A stretch of DNA of 64,000 nt. Origin: Thalia democratica (taxonomy: Eukaryota). A model generated the notes under the pieces. It searched no databases and had not been told where the DNA came from. It was given only the letters and a program-made list of their open reading frames with translations. Location: positions 42,222,001 to 42,286,000 of the forward strand of contig OZ241826.1 of the NCBI GenBank assembly GCA_965202585.1, in the 5' to 3' direction. The position numbers were made by a program, and so were the translations under genes. Below, one piece after another: positions 51,066 through 64,000 of this stretch; positions within the stretch are counted from its first letter, which is position 1, and the number at the start of each line of letters is the position of its first letter.

Positions 51066-54000
51066 AGCGTCCTGCCGACGAGCAGTCAGAGTGGAATCTT
51101 ACGGTACCAAATTGTCGCGTTGCTAGGCACTTTCGGTCGCGTAGCAACCAAGGTCACAGACGCCGATTATCGCGATTGTTGACCCACAACAAACACCGAG
51201 TTGATGAAAAATTAAATTTAAAATTTTCAACTCTGTAGTAAATTGTAAGGTTTTTCACCAGAAAATTTTCGGTTATTAAAACGAGTCAATCAGGTTTTAA
51301 TAGCGGAATTACTTACAGCGTGATTCCCAACTTTGCGAAATTTTCAAAGCCACTCTTGAACTTTTATTACGCGTGCCACCGCTTTTAAGTATTCTGACAT
51401 TTATTCCGAAGTTAATTGCAGCTTCTGATTTCACTTAAACTTTCTTAACGATCAGCAGTCATCGTAAACTAGGCTGTTTTTTTTAAGTAAAAAGCCAAAC
51501 CAATCCGCTTAGATTTGAAAGGATGTTCAGAAAGTAATAAATTTCAGAAAAACAACACTTGAATTTTAAATGTCATAAATACTTTAATTGCTATACTTGT
51601 AGAGCTCCTGTTTCTACGTTTCTAAAAAGCACTTTGTTTAATATTATTATGTTCAAAAATAATGACATGCTAAGTTAATTGTTTTGACTTACACTTAAAG
51701 AAGTTGTTGAATTAAAAAAAAAATATCTTACCGAAAACTTTTTATGCTATACATAGTAAAAAACATCCAAAAAAAGTAAAACTTGAAATTATTTTCTAAT
51801 AAAAAACTTGAAGTTTTTAAAATCTATTTTCGAACACGAGATGCCATCTATTCATGTTTGTTTGTTTACCAACAAAATTGAAACTAAAATAAACGTGATT
51901 ATATTCAACGAATCTAAAAAAGTACGCTCTAACCGTCCTTTAAAATATTGATAAAATTTCAAAACAAAACTGCATAAGGTATACTTATAAACACTTAAAT
52001 AGCTCAATTTATAAACTAAATATAAAATTTTAATCAGATGTTTTTTATACAAAAAAAAAAGAAATTCACTTTATTATAGAAGATACTTACAAAATTAAAA
52101 CATTAATTATTTAGTAACTTTAATTTTTTTTAAATTTTCTATTACAAAGAAGAACAACTTTTATAATACATGTTTTTAGTTGCTTATCTAAAACCTAATG
52201 GTTTGTTGTAATTATTTACTAGCAATGTTTACTTAAACAAATTTTACACTAAAACCCTAATAGTGAAGTTTGTTAAAGAGTTTTAGTTTTTTGCTAACGT
52301 AGACATTTTATAAAAAAAAAAGCCTTATAAACAAACAACAATATGAAAGTAGTTACTATTCAATACTCGTTTTCAAATATTGTCTTGTATAAACAATTAC
52401 TTTTTTGGTAAATAAAACGACTTATACTCATCAAAATGTATTAATCTGTCATTTTGATTATTGTATAAGTTTAGCAGATGATAAAATTTAATTTTTGTGA
52501 ACTTCTGAATTGAAATTTTATTATTGTCCAACTGAAAATATTTTTTTAGTTTTTTTTTTATAAAAGTTTGTATTCTGTAATGATATTTAGTTTTAAACGT
52601 TTATAAAAACTTTGCCTACGATTTATCTTGACTCTAGCAAATTAATAACAGATGCTTATATATTTAATAAACTAGTTTTTGAACAGTTTTCATTTTTTAA
52701 ACATTTTAGCTACAAAACAAGATCAGAAACTTTGCATAATGTCATCAAAGGAGCTTCGTCAAGTTGGTTTTATAACAGAGTAATTAAAAGTAGATTAAAA
52801 AGTAATGTTACTTTTCAAAGCTTTGATCTTCTTAAATACATAACGTTTAACGTTTATATAAAACAAAATTAATCTGATATTTTGTTGGTCAGGGTAAAAC
52901 CAATTAATTTTTTTAATAAAACTTGTAACCGTTTTTTCTTAAAAAAAAACTTCATGTGGTTTTGTGCTTCAAATGTATAAACAAAGATATTTCACAAAAC
53001 AAGATTAACTAATTTAAGCTAGTGTTAATTAACTTAATCTGTTGTTTCAATCATAACAATTACTAGGTAGTCTTACCTTGGTTGCTTTGGAAGGTAGCCA
53101 CATTTGTAATAGTTTGTAGTTTGCACAAACAACAACATTTGTCTACATGCAGCAAAATTTAAATCCTAACTTTTTCAATATTTTCAATCTGTAGCGGAAT
53201 GTTGTGATACTCAAAGTAATTTGAAAGAAAAGTTTAAAGTAAAACGTTTTTATTTGCTTTAAATTAGCTAAACAGACATTTACATTATTTTTTCTAGGTT
53301 TAATTTTACTAAAATATTTTCTAAAAAAATACTATATGATTCTAATAAGCATAATTTTTTATAGATGTTAGTTTTGGATTAACAAATAAACTAGTGTTTA
53401 TGTTAATACAACACATGCTTTTTACTCATTTTCTACCAAAAAGTTTTAAAATAATTTAATTTAAAAGTTTACATGTTAATGAGAATGTTTGTTTAGTGTT
53501 TTATGTAATACAGAAAAACATACAACAACTACAGTTTGTCGAAAATTACCATCAAAATACTAGAACACTCACCTAATTTACAAGACTCGCAAGACTACAC
53601 AAGATTCTCAGCGGAGCGCAAAACAGCAGCAAATTGCTGCAATGACGTACATCTGATTGGCAATGAAAGAAACTCAACAGTCGTAAGCCAATCGCCAAAC
53701 GTCAAGCTGTCTTCACATGCGAATCCACTGGCGGGACAAAGAAACCTGACAGTTTGGTCCAATGGACCGCATGGGAGAATGGCAGTGGCGCGTGACTGTG
53801 AGTCAGTGGATTGGGTTGCCATTTGTAAGTGTCGGCTTAATTGGCAGGCGGATTTGATCAAGCGAAAGGGGACACTGCGAGTGATGTAAGTTGGATTATC
53901 TTTTGCGGGCTCAGATTATCAACTGAGGGTATTGACGTGTGTGCAGTCTGCAGGTAGTAAAGTCTTCTAAAGCTGAACGTAAACTGCTGATAGAGATTAT

Positions 54001-56983
54001 TCAAAATCTGATTGTTTTGTCTGATACATTTATTCAAGCTAAACTGTGCGTTTAAATCTAAAATGGCTAAACTAGATTAAACAGAATCAGGTTTAACTAC
54101 TTATGAAACAGTACAAAATTAAGAAAAAATTGATAACGCGTTGAACAACCTACATAAAATTATATAAATTACGTTTTATCTTATGTTTCACTTTAAAGTT
54201 TTGCAGAATAAAAATAGTTTAAAGTTTTCAAGTAGATATTTGTTAGAATATTTAGTCTTCTTAAAACCAGCATAAAGCAATTATTCATAATTTTCTTGAA
54301 TATTATATAAATTCAAAGCTGAAAAGTAACAAGCAACAACAATCTAGTTGTCAATGTATTGTTCATTTTAGTGAGTAAATAAGTAAGCAAATGGTTATAA
54401 CGAGCTTTTTCAAATTTATCTTTTATTATTTTTATCTTATATGTTTTGTAAAACATTTAAAATTTGATGTTTAGATTCAATGTTGTTAAACCATTCTTGA
54501 AACAGATTTTAAACATGTCATGATGCTCTTTTATACCTTCTTGTAAAAGAAAGCATTTGTAACTGTTAGCAAACAAAATGTGAAAAACAAACTCTTCAAG
54601 TCCAAAGAAAGTCCCAGAGCGCAGAAATTTCACCAACAGTTGAGACATGAAAGACCACACATTTCACATGTTTGCGTTGGCACCCATTCGCTTTAATATC
54701 GAGTTACTGGCGACGGGCGGACCCGATTCAAAAAGGCAAATCCGTCATAAGTCAATTATTAATTTGGCGAAAAGACTTCCTAGCCGGCCGCAAATCGGCC
54801 TTGTTATCGGCGACTTATCTCCGTAATTCGCCCGCGTCCGCAACCCAAATTGAAAGCTCAAACAGCCGTTGAGTTGCGTTGCGTTTCTTATCATGTTTTT
54901 TAAAATATAAAAAGATACTTTTATTTTTGACGCGCGTGTGGCAAATACACTGATTGTTTGTGTATAATTATCTGATATTATCTTCGGCCGGGTAATTTCA
55001 GTCGAGTTGGTTTCAAACAGAGATCTTTGAGTTAGAAAAACCTTAGCAGCTTATAGCATTAATATGTACGCCTTTAGTGAAGTTGGTTTTATTTTAAATA
55101 GAGTAAAACTTCTATACAGCAGTGACAAGCGTGTTATTATAACAAATCTTTTCAAGTCAACACTAAATACCTAAATAACTCACTTTAATAAGAGATATTA
55201 AAGCAATATCGCGAACGGCGTTGTGGTATTAATTTAACAAAGTAGACAAACTATTTCAACGTATTAGCACAGATCAACTCAAGCAAATCGTCAAAAATGA
55301 CAGCAGTTTTCTATTTCAACTTGAAAATGCAGTACAGTGGGTGGCCATATAAAATTATCATTTGAAAAAAACTCAGTTTAATTGCGTGTAACAATAAGTT
55401 GCACACACTGAACTTTAAGGTGATATTTTCTTAAAAGACTAGCGAACCGTATTAATAAATTTTAGTACTTTCAGTTTGAAAAGTTTTTTTTTAACTTTTC
55501 TGTTATAATACATTATCTTAAATGATGTACAATCAAGCTTTATAAAAAAAAAGAGTTTAATTAACAATTTTTTAGAGCAGTCAATTTAATTTTTTATACA
55601 TTGTATATACTACTACTTAAAAACCATTAATGTTAACTAAGTCTTAATACCACTACGACAGTGTTTTTTACCCCCTTTCCACGTATAAGGATACCTGCAC
55701 AAACTTTTTGTTTTCACAATTTTTTAAGCAAGGTCAGCTTCGAGGTTAAGTCTTGTAATGCTGTTTATACAAAAAATTCTAACGCAATCAAAACTTTCGC
55801 ACTAAACCATGTGCAGAAGGCGAAATAAAAACAGTTTACGATTGGTTTGCTCGATAAAATCTAACAGATAATTGAGCGAGCTGCCAATCAGTTGTGACTG
55901 TTACGTCACAACTGTTTGTAAATAGGGTACGAGTTGTGGAAACCGAATCGCGTGTAATTTGCGTTTCAATTTTTTCTGCTCCTGTCAAGATAAGGTGTTT
56001 CGCACAAGTCACCCAAAGTTCACCGTTGAAACAAACTGGAAATTTTAAACTTTTTTTGAAACAAAAATATTTGCTAAGCCCGTGTTTACTTATTCATGGT
56101 GAATTTTTAAGTGTATTTATGCGCATGTCGCACCGACGGCTTGAAACGGCTCCTTGTTACAATAATTTGTGTGAAACGGAACATTCCTGATGTCGTTACA
56201 TTGTCGGTTTTCTAACTGTTCAGTTATTGATTTACAAATCTACATATGTCAAAATTCTAGCTCAGTTTTTTTTTTTCAAAACAAGGCACTTTAAACTCAA
56301 CGTTTAGTTATTCTCTTAAACCTTTTAGTTTTTTAAAGTTTTTTGGACAATAAAATTTTTATACTAGACTAATATGTAAAAAGATTACAATTTTATGTTT
56401 CAAACTGTCAATAACTCTTTAAATTTAAAATCCATAAGATAGTATCTTTCAAAACATTTATGAACATGTTTGATACTTAGTAATAAAAATGATTAGACTT
56501 CTAAGCATTTCTACTCAAGTTTATAAATTAAGTTATAGATAAACGATATTAGATATATATACTTTTTTTAAGTTTGTCATAATGAAATCACTGATTACGT
56601 AAGTATAATTTTATAATTGGAAAAATAAACAAAATTGTTTACTTTATCGTACAATTTTGTATTTACAAATATATTCAACATGAAAAGTTGTTTATTCAAG
56701 AAGCTGAGTTGCTATAAATTTAACTAAAGATTAGTTTATATATCAAAAAAGCATACCAAAATCAAAAACCCAAATTTCAAAAGTCAAGAAATCAAACAAA
56801 AAATTGTTAAAAGTGAAGCATGCAGATTAGATACGATATCTTGTCACTTCAGGAAAATTTAATCACGAATTTAACGCTTTCAAACCAACACGTAATCGCT
56901 GATTACTTTCAAACGTCTGAAGTCAACACAAACTTGTCAGATTTGCGTTGAGAAAACATGATTCTCGTCACTTGCCGATATTT

Positions 56984-57059
56984 TGATTGATCGCTGGGCT
57001 GGCTGTGACCCGTAGACGGATGGCGTCGCTAATAGCAACGTTGCTAGGCAACAAAAACA
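56984..57059 (+). promoter_or_regulatory. Duplicated 76-bp conserved non-coding element, copy 2 (X-box GTTGCTAGGCAAC at 57040)
   Basis: 64/76 identical to 50990-51065. Its X-box is the exact reverse complement of the copy 1 X-box. Confidence 0.6.
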
Positions 57060-59779
57060 CCGACCGAACGTAACGTAGATGAACCCGAGTCGGAATGCAT
57101 CATTTACAGTGAAATTTAATTAATTCATCAACTTTGTTTTGACTTATTAAAAGTTAGACAAAGTAGCGAGTGCCTCAAAGATTAGTCATTAGGTTTAATT
57201 AGAGTTGATTTGTAAAAATAATACTCATACAAATGAATTTAAAGTTGAACTCTAGCACTGTTAAAGAAATAAGCGACTAATTTTCAAGTTCCGTTTGAAA
57301 AAATTACATAACTTGGTGACGCCGACGAAAACATTTACTCTAAAATACTCGCACTTAAAATACGAACGCGCAGGAACACTAACAAGCAAGTATATGATAA
57401 TTTTGAGTGCTTTTGAAGGTTTCAAGTGAGTCGATTACATTGTTTACAATTAGTCTTTGCTCCAAATGCCGTGGTCGCGTGCCGTAAAGTGCATTGGTAT
57501 TTATTTGGAAAAATTGTTTATGGGAATAATTATTGGTACTTTGAATCGTTTTGAAGTTAATAAACAAAAACTTTGGTATTCATTTGTCCAAGTTTTTTGT
57601 TACAAGTAAAGCGTCTTATTAAGAAAAAAGAAAATTAGACCTTTGACAACTATTATTCTAGAACAGAACAAGTTTTTTCTAAGTATCTATTAAATAAAAG
57701 TTTCCTGTTTCTTTTTACAAAACAGTCAAAGTACACAATTTGTTTTAAGTTTCATAAAATTTTAAAATGCACTCAAGATTTTGTCACATTTTTTCACAAA
57801 TGCTTATTAGTTTGACGGAAAATCTCATTAGTTTGACAATTTCTGTGCTTTCCATATACAATTCAAATATTACAAACACACTTTAAAGTAAATCAAAGAT
57901 TAAGTTAACATTTAAAAAAATAGTAACAAAATCTAGCTAAGTACTGAGAAATGTTCAAAGTCGTAGTTAAAAAAAATATATACAAAAAAAAACAGGTAAA
58001 CTAAAAAAAAAAGTAACTTAATTCAATATTTTTCAGCTGTGATTTTGTATCAAAAAACCCTAAGACTAGTGGAAAAAGATAATATTAAAAAAAAGTTTTG
58101 GATAAAAGCCAATGGGTTTATAATTTACACACCAATTTTCGAATTAAACACCAAGAACAAAGAAAATTTGGTTAATATGTTTCAGTAAGAACTATGTGCG
58201 ACATTTAGGTCAGTATTTAGCACAAAGAACTTTATTGTCCTGATAAAAAGAGTTAAGCTTTAAGACGAAGAAACATTTCTGTTTGGTTTTTATGCATAAA
58301 ATGGAATAAAAAAAGTTTTAAGTGTCATAAACAAGCTTTAAATTATTTCATCGTTTTATATGTGTATAATTGATAAACATAATTTATTTTAATTTGCTAC
58401 AAATGTGTAAAAACAATATAAACTATTAGCCTCATGGCAGTTTTTGTATTACAGTAACATTAAGTTCAAAACCGTTTCTTGATACTTCTTAAAATATCTT
58501 CGGTGTGAAGTAGTAATTCTTTAGCAAATACGTTTCATAAAATTGCCAGGCACACTTTTAAACTTAAAAAAATGATACCTCGCTTGAGTATGTACATTTA
58601 AGTTCTTTTCAAATAAGTTAAGTCATTTTATGTAAGTGTCCTTCGTTTAATCTATTCTGATAACAAAAGTGTCTCTAAGTTTTTTACATTAAGATTTTTT
58701 TTATCCAAAACGTTTTCTTTTTTTTATATGCTTTTGAGCAGTGGAAAGAATATTTCATTTTGAAGTTGCATTTCTGCAAATTTTATTTTTATTAGTAGTT
58801 TGCCACTTCAAGTAGTCTATAAACTTCTTTTAGGGTTTTCTTAGTTTGTCATGTACAGTTATTGGAATTTAAAAAGTTAAAAATCTTTTTAATATTTTAA
58901 AAACAAGAGAAAAAAAAACTTTACAAAGGACTAAACTAATTTAGTTTAAACACTAAACACTTAGCTATAAATAAAAACAACCAGTAATCATAAAAAGTAA
59001 ATTTATTACTCATAAATAATTTGTACAATAAACTAATATAAAATGTTTATAAATGTGCAAAGTTAGTTAAAACTTAGTAGCCTGAGTGTAAAATATCTAT
59101 GATAAATAAGTGAAAATGTCAACTTTTTTTGGACTAGAAGTGAATAAAATAATATAATTTACTTTGAAAAAGTAAAGATGAGAATTTCTTAGATTTTTAA
59201 TATATTAACGGCTGATGAAAATTTTACCAGTAATTGTTCAAGTGAATAACTATACAATGTTTAAAACTTATACAAACACAACAAAACGTTGTTAGTAAGA
59301 AGTACAATGTTATTTATAATTTGGTAACACATTATGTTTGTATAGCAGCAGTGTAAAACTATAAAAAGGATATATTTTTTAAACTAGAGTTTTATACATA
59401 ACTTAGAATTAAGCATTAAAGATTATTTTTAGATATACATTTTTTTCTCATTTTATAAAAGTATACATATAAACAAACAGCATGTTTGTTTCTAATGCAG
59501 ACTGACAAAATTAAATAAAATTTGAAAAAATGCTTCGTTGTGTTTGCTTTTTTAAGTTTAAGTTTTTCATCACGACGAGAAACCAATAAACGAAAACTTA
59601 TATAAACATTTTATGCCAAAATAGAAAAAGTTTAAAACACAAAGTGTGTCCGTCAAACACAAGTACGCCACGTTCATTAAAAAAAAATCAACCACCTAAT
59701 TCTCATTTCAATAAAAAATCCTAATTATTGACTAGTCAGCCGCCATCTCGCAAAAAGTACATTTTCGTCCTTCGAAAAA

Positions 59780-62699
59780 CTACTGAAGCGTGAACTTGTA
59801 CGTCGAGTCCTGGTGCTGCTCCTGATGCCCTGGCTCCTGCTGCTGGGAACTCCCCTGAAAACCAGCGTGCTGCTGGTACGTGTACGACTGCGCCATCAAG
59901 TGCTGGTTGCTCATCTGGGACATCCCCTGCTGCTGCTGGTGGCGGAACTGCTGGTACCCCTGGCTCATCATCTCGTCCACGTTCTGGTACGCGCCACTGG
60001 AGGGCATCTGCGAGAAGCTCTGCTCCATCGTGCCGAAGTACGCCTGGTGCGGGTAGGCGGCGTGGTGTCCCGGGTAGGCCGCCCCCGAGAATATGCTCTG
60101 CCCGCCCTGCATGTACTGTTGCGCGCTGCTGAACTGGTTCACCGCCGCCGCCAGGTACGGAGAGGTGCTGGCCCCCGAAGCGCTGCTCGAAGAAGCGTAG
60201 GCCGACATCGGGGTGCCGGTACTTTCGCCGTTCGAGTTTGGAGAAATGGAGTTGTTCCACATGTTGCTCGATGATTGTGACGTCATAGCCATCTGTGGGG
60301 TGACAACCTGCTGCTGCTGGCTCATGTTAATTGACTCCGTCTTCGGTATTAAGTCGATATCACTGCTCGACTCCTGTGCTACTTGGGCTACCTGGCTGGC
60401 ACTTTCTTCTGCTTCTGCTTGAAGGCTGCTGTTGAGCTGCTGCTGCGGAGACTCGGCCTGGTTAGCGGTAGGTGCCAGCTGGACTTGCTGATCGACCAAC
60501 GGGCTGTTATGAGCTTCCGGCTTGACTTGAGAGTCGTTTTTCGGGGCGGCTGAGACGACTTGGTCTTGTTCGGGGCTTTTTGCGCTGGGAGGAGACTGAC
60601 TCGGGTTCTGCTGGGTTTCTGAGGTTTTGGCGACTTCCTCCGACGCCTTCTTCTCTCTGGCTTCCTCCGACTCGGCTGCGCTCTTTCGGTTGGCCGCCGC
60701 CTGCTCCTTCTGCTTCAGTTGCTGCTGTTGCTGCCTGCACTTTGCGCGACGGTTCTTGAACCAGACCTGAAAAAACATCAGACGTCAAAACAGTCAAAAT
60801 TTTTCTAAGAAAACATACCAAGAAGCCAAAGCAAATTAACTTGGCAACGTTTAGATACTTTACTTTGCACATTTGAAATGTCAAACCTGAACGCGGGACT
60901 CTGGCAGGCTGATCTTCAGCGCCACGTCCTCCCTCATGAAGATGTCCGGATACCTCGTTTTGGCGAACAACCTCTCCAGTATGTCCAGCTGGGATCTGGT
61001 GAAAGTTGTTCTTTCCCTGCGCTGCTTCCTCGAGTTTCCTGGTATTTTGAGTTTGTTGTTTAAAATGTTACGCAAGTAGAAGCTTCACTGACTATTCAGC
61101 AAAAAACAAGTTATTGAAAACAGGTAGATTACAACAAATACGTTGAATCAAAAATACACGTTTGTTTATGTGTTTTAAAATCTGCGTGCTTACCGTATAC
61201 GTTTTGAGGAACGAACGGCATCTTGTTGGGACCTTGACCGGGTATGCCAGGAAACCCTGTTGTGAAAATAAATGAGCTAATTTACTTTGCAGGCTGGAAT
61301 TTTAAATGTGCGTTAGTGATACTTTTAGAACTAGATGTGATGAAATTTTGATTGAATTTGTATTTATATAACTTTGTACAAATAACGTTGAAAAATGCTT
61401 TATTTTCTTTTAAATTGATTAGAGAAGGTTATAAAGGTCATAATGAACTAGCCAAATTATGCTATAATCAAAAAATATTTGATATATAAGTTTAAAAATT
61501 TGTAAATAATTATTTGTAAAAATTGGAAGCTTTTTATCATTTATTTAAATTACAAAAGCTTTAAGTTTTGAAAAGTTTAAGTAGATAAAGATCTTAAAAA
61601 CTAACCAAAACCTTGAGTAAAGTTTACAATTTTTAACAATATTAAGCTCTTTAAAGTAACTTTAATTAGAAAAATTACAATATTCAAACTGGCTCTGTGA
61701 AAACTTAAATAGATGTTTCAGTAGTTTTAGTTGTAAAATATAAAAAGATAACAACTTACTTGGAAAGTATTGACTCGGGTCATCTGAAAAATAAAATTGT
61801 GGTAAGTAATTTTAATTTCAAAGATAAGTTTACTGAGGTATGTACTGAGAACTTAAAAAAAATAATAATCAAATCTAATAAAGATTAAAGGTTAAAACAA
61901 TATGAAACCGGTTATAGTATAGCTCAAAACAAGCATGAATGCCTTTAATATTTTATCATTAGTATAAATTGTTTACTTTATTTATATTTTCTTAAAATAT
62001 CCATTTAGGTTTGAAAGTTTTACTACTCTGCTTCAAGATGCAAATCATTTTTTTCTCAACTAAAATTTAATCACGTTTGTAAGTTTACCAACAAAATATA
62101 AGTTTCAAGGCTAGCAATACCAAAAACAACAGGTACTTTGTTTTTGGTTGAATTTCGTTACTAAACTTTGTAACTTTAAAAACTTTCAGTAAAGGTTTTT
62201 ATTTCATTTTGCAGGTTAATTTGAAACAAAAACAACAACAGAGTTAGAAGAAGAAACTATTATAACATAACATTGACTAATTTTGTTAAAAAAATATTGT
62301 GAAATAAGTAGACTGTTTATTATCTCTTATTCAACATTTCTAGTAAAAAAACTTTTATGATTTACTTTCATGAACAGGCAACTCACTGTGGTACGAGAAC
62401 ATGGAGTGAGGAAGGCCGATTTCAGGATGATTCGGGATCATTCCTGGGTGGTATCCGTTCACTCCCGGTTTCATGTAGCTCATCTTCTGAAACAGACTCT
62501 GATCACTGTGAACAAAATAAACTGTTTTATTATAGTTTTTTTACACCAACATAAAATATGAGTAAGCAAAAGAAGTTTAACACACAAAGTGTTTATATAT
62601 AACAAAAATAAAATTGTTTAATTTTTTGTTATGGTGTTTCTTCTATACATAAGTAGTTAAAAACTGTTGAACTTACTTGGGTGAGTTTGGGTAGTTCAT
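59780..62699 (-). CDS. Otx: Orthodenticle/Otx homeobox transcription factor, paralogue B (455 aa; exons 62699-62677, 62505-62387, 61783-61760, 61256-61194, 61038-60887, 60766-59780)
   Basis: All six exons have GT/AG boundaries and join in one frame (1368 nt). Otx-type N-terminal [10 protein letters not shown]. Homeodomain [46 protein letters not shown]|[13 protein letters not shown] (K50). WSP-like MWNNSISP and tail DSTYKFTLQ. An acceptor at 62759 and a GTAAGT donor at 63243 suggest an upstream 5'UTR exon. Confidence 0.95.
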
Positions 62700-64000
62700 T
62701 GCTTCAAGCTTAGTTTTTCCAATTAATAATAAAAACAATGTCTACTTAACTAATAGACCTGCAAAAGAGTGTTCGATTTAGTACTTTAAAAATTTGTTAA
62801 CGTAAAGGCTTTATACTTAGTTAGAAACAAATATCACAGTAAATTCCAAGTATTAAATGCTTAAAACAATTAAAAATCCAAACTATAAATTTACAAGATT
62901 GATATTTGATCTCAAGAATTGCAAGTATATATATCGAAAAGTTTTGAAAATAGTATTTTGGTTTCGTTCTTTAGAAATAAGTTTTCACAGAACTTTGGTC
63001 ACTATAAATAGTGTAAGAATTTAAAACAAAATTCTTTTCATTTTTCCTCCTGCTTTTCCGCATTATAACTCAAGTCACCGACTACTTTGTTTCATTGAGC
63101 GTAACATTAATTAGCTGGAAACTTTTTAAGTGCCTCAAAACCTCATTGGCCGGTGTGCCAAGCGAAGTTATCCTCTTTTGAAGGAAGTGGTGACCGCGGC
63201 ATGCTCGGAATTAACAAACTGACTTTCACCACCATTTACTTACATTGTCTGCGCAGTGCTTCGAGCCCCGTTGGGATTTTCGCTTTTAAAAGCTTTTTAA
63301 TTTGTTTAAACAGCGAAACGTGGAAATCAATGGGCTTAGCTCGCCAAAGAAAATCACGCAGTTTCAGTTGAACTTAGCAAGTTTGAAATTTTTGTTGTCT
63401 ATGTGCGAAGTTGTTTTATAGTTGTAGGTTTGGATATTTAAAAAATACTATAAAATCACGATTTTGGTTTTTGAAATGGTCAAGAAAAGCAATAAAATGG
63501 CCCTAAGAGCACGTCTGGAAGAAACAAAAATCACAAAATCAAACCAGAGCAACAATCAAAACAAGTCAAACTGATATCAAGTTCACCAAACACAAAGTTT
63601 ATCACCTCACAACCGACAGCTTTGTCGTGGAAAAATTCATTTTGTAATCGAACGATGATGCGCGTGATCTGCTGGTGCTAATTGACTTCACAGAAAACAA
63701 ATCAAACTTGAGCCAATCGCTTCAAAGCTCCATTACAACGTCCAACCACGCTTTAGGTGCCTCAGGCTACATTCTAGTGCTTTGATTATTTCGCCTGATG
63801 GTAGCACGCATAAGCTCTTAATTACAAATTTGTTATCTGCTCGGCATCGAAATTCTTTTTACTAAGTGACCGGTTTAACAGATAGGTTGGATTTTGTTGT
63901 GCAAAATATTTTTTTCTGCTTTTTACCTGTGCAGTTTTAAACTAAGAGATGTCCACTAACTTACGATAAGAAAGATTTGACAAAGTATCGAAAGTTTAAG

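Noticed and set aside
33641-57567. ORFs of 60-125 aa within the GC islands (e.g. 37112, 44485, 46561, 50993, 53536, 55894)
   Set aside because: No recognisable motifs, no consistent splice chain, often overlapping on both strands. Better explained by locally higher GC reducing stop frequency.
59736-60884. ORFs 59736-60260, 59813-60274, 60213-60422, 60507-60884 and 60878-61063
   Set aside because: Off-frame or antisense products of GC-rich Otx-B exons.
1-64000. tRNA, rRNA, snRNA or miRNA genes
   Set aside because: No cloverleaf, known snRNA starts or convincing pre-miRNA hairpin recognised by eye. An Infernal/Rfam scan would be needed to exclude them.

Overview
AT-rich eukaryotic (invertebrate animal) genomic DNA; no prokaryotic genes, CRISPR, rRNA or tRNA recognised. 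(1) 1-8290 is a near-homogeneous 191-bp tandem satellite (~43 copies) with a 19-monomer (3629-bp) higher-order duplication. About 5 inverted copies of the same monomer at 9380-10328 enclose a ~1.1-kb spacer holding a probable spliced orphan ORF, a foldback-transposon-like layout. (2) 15539-18061 (+) is an intron-less 840-aa membrane-anchored protein that appears to join a PKDCC/VLK-like (pseudo)kinase, a PAN-like Cys module and a FAM20/four-jointed-like (pseudo)kinase. (3) 10-26 kb also holds MITEs, a Tc1/mariner transposase remnant and a frameshifted intron-less trypsin-like protease remnant. (4) Two Otx (orthodenticle, K50 PRD-class homeobox) paralogues lie in tandem on the minus strand: 28201-31609 (4 coding exons, 331 aa) and 59780-62699 (6 coding exons including a 24-nt microexon, 455 aa). 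(5) The ~28-kb gene-free interval between them is punctuated by about 20 CpG-containing islands, several with RFX X-boxes and CRE palindromes, and a duplicated 76-bp element whose X-box is flipped between copies. Gene models were derived by hand from GT/AG sites and frame continuity; family assignments rest on remembered motifs, not database searches.
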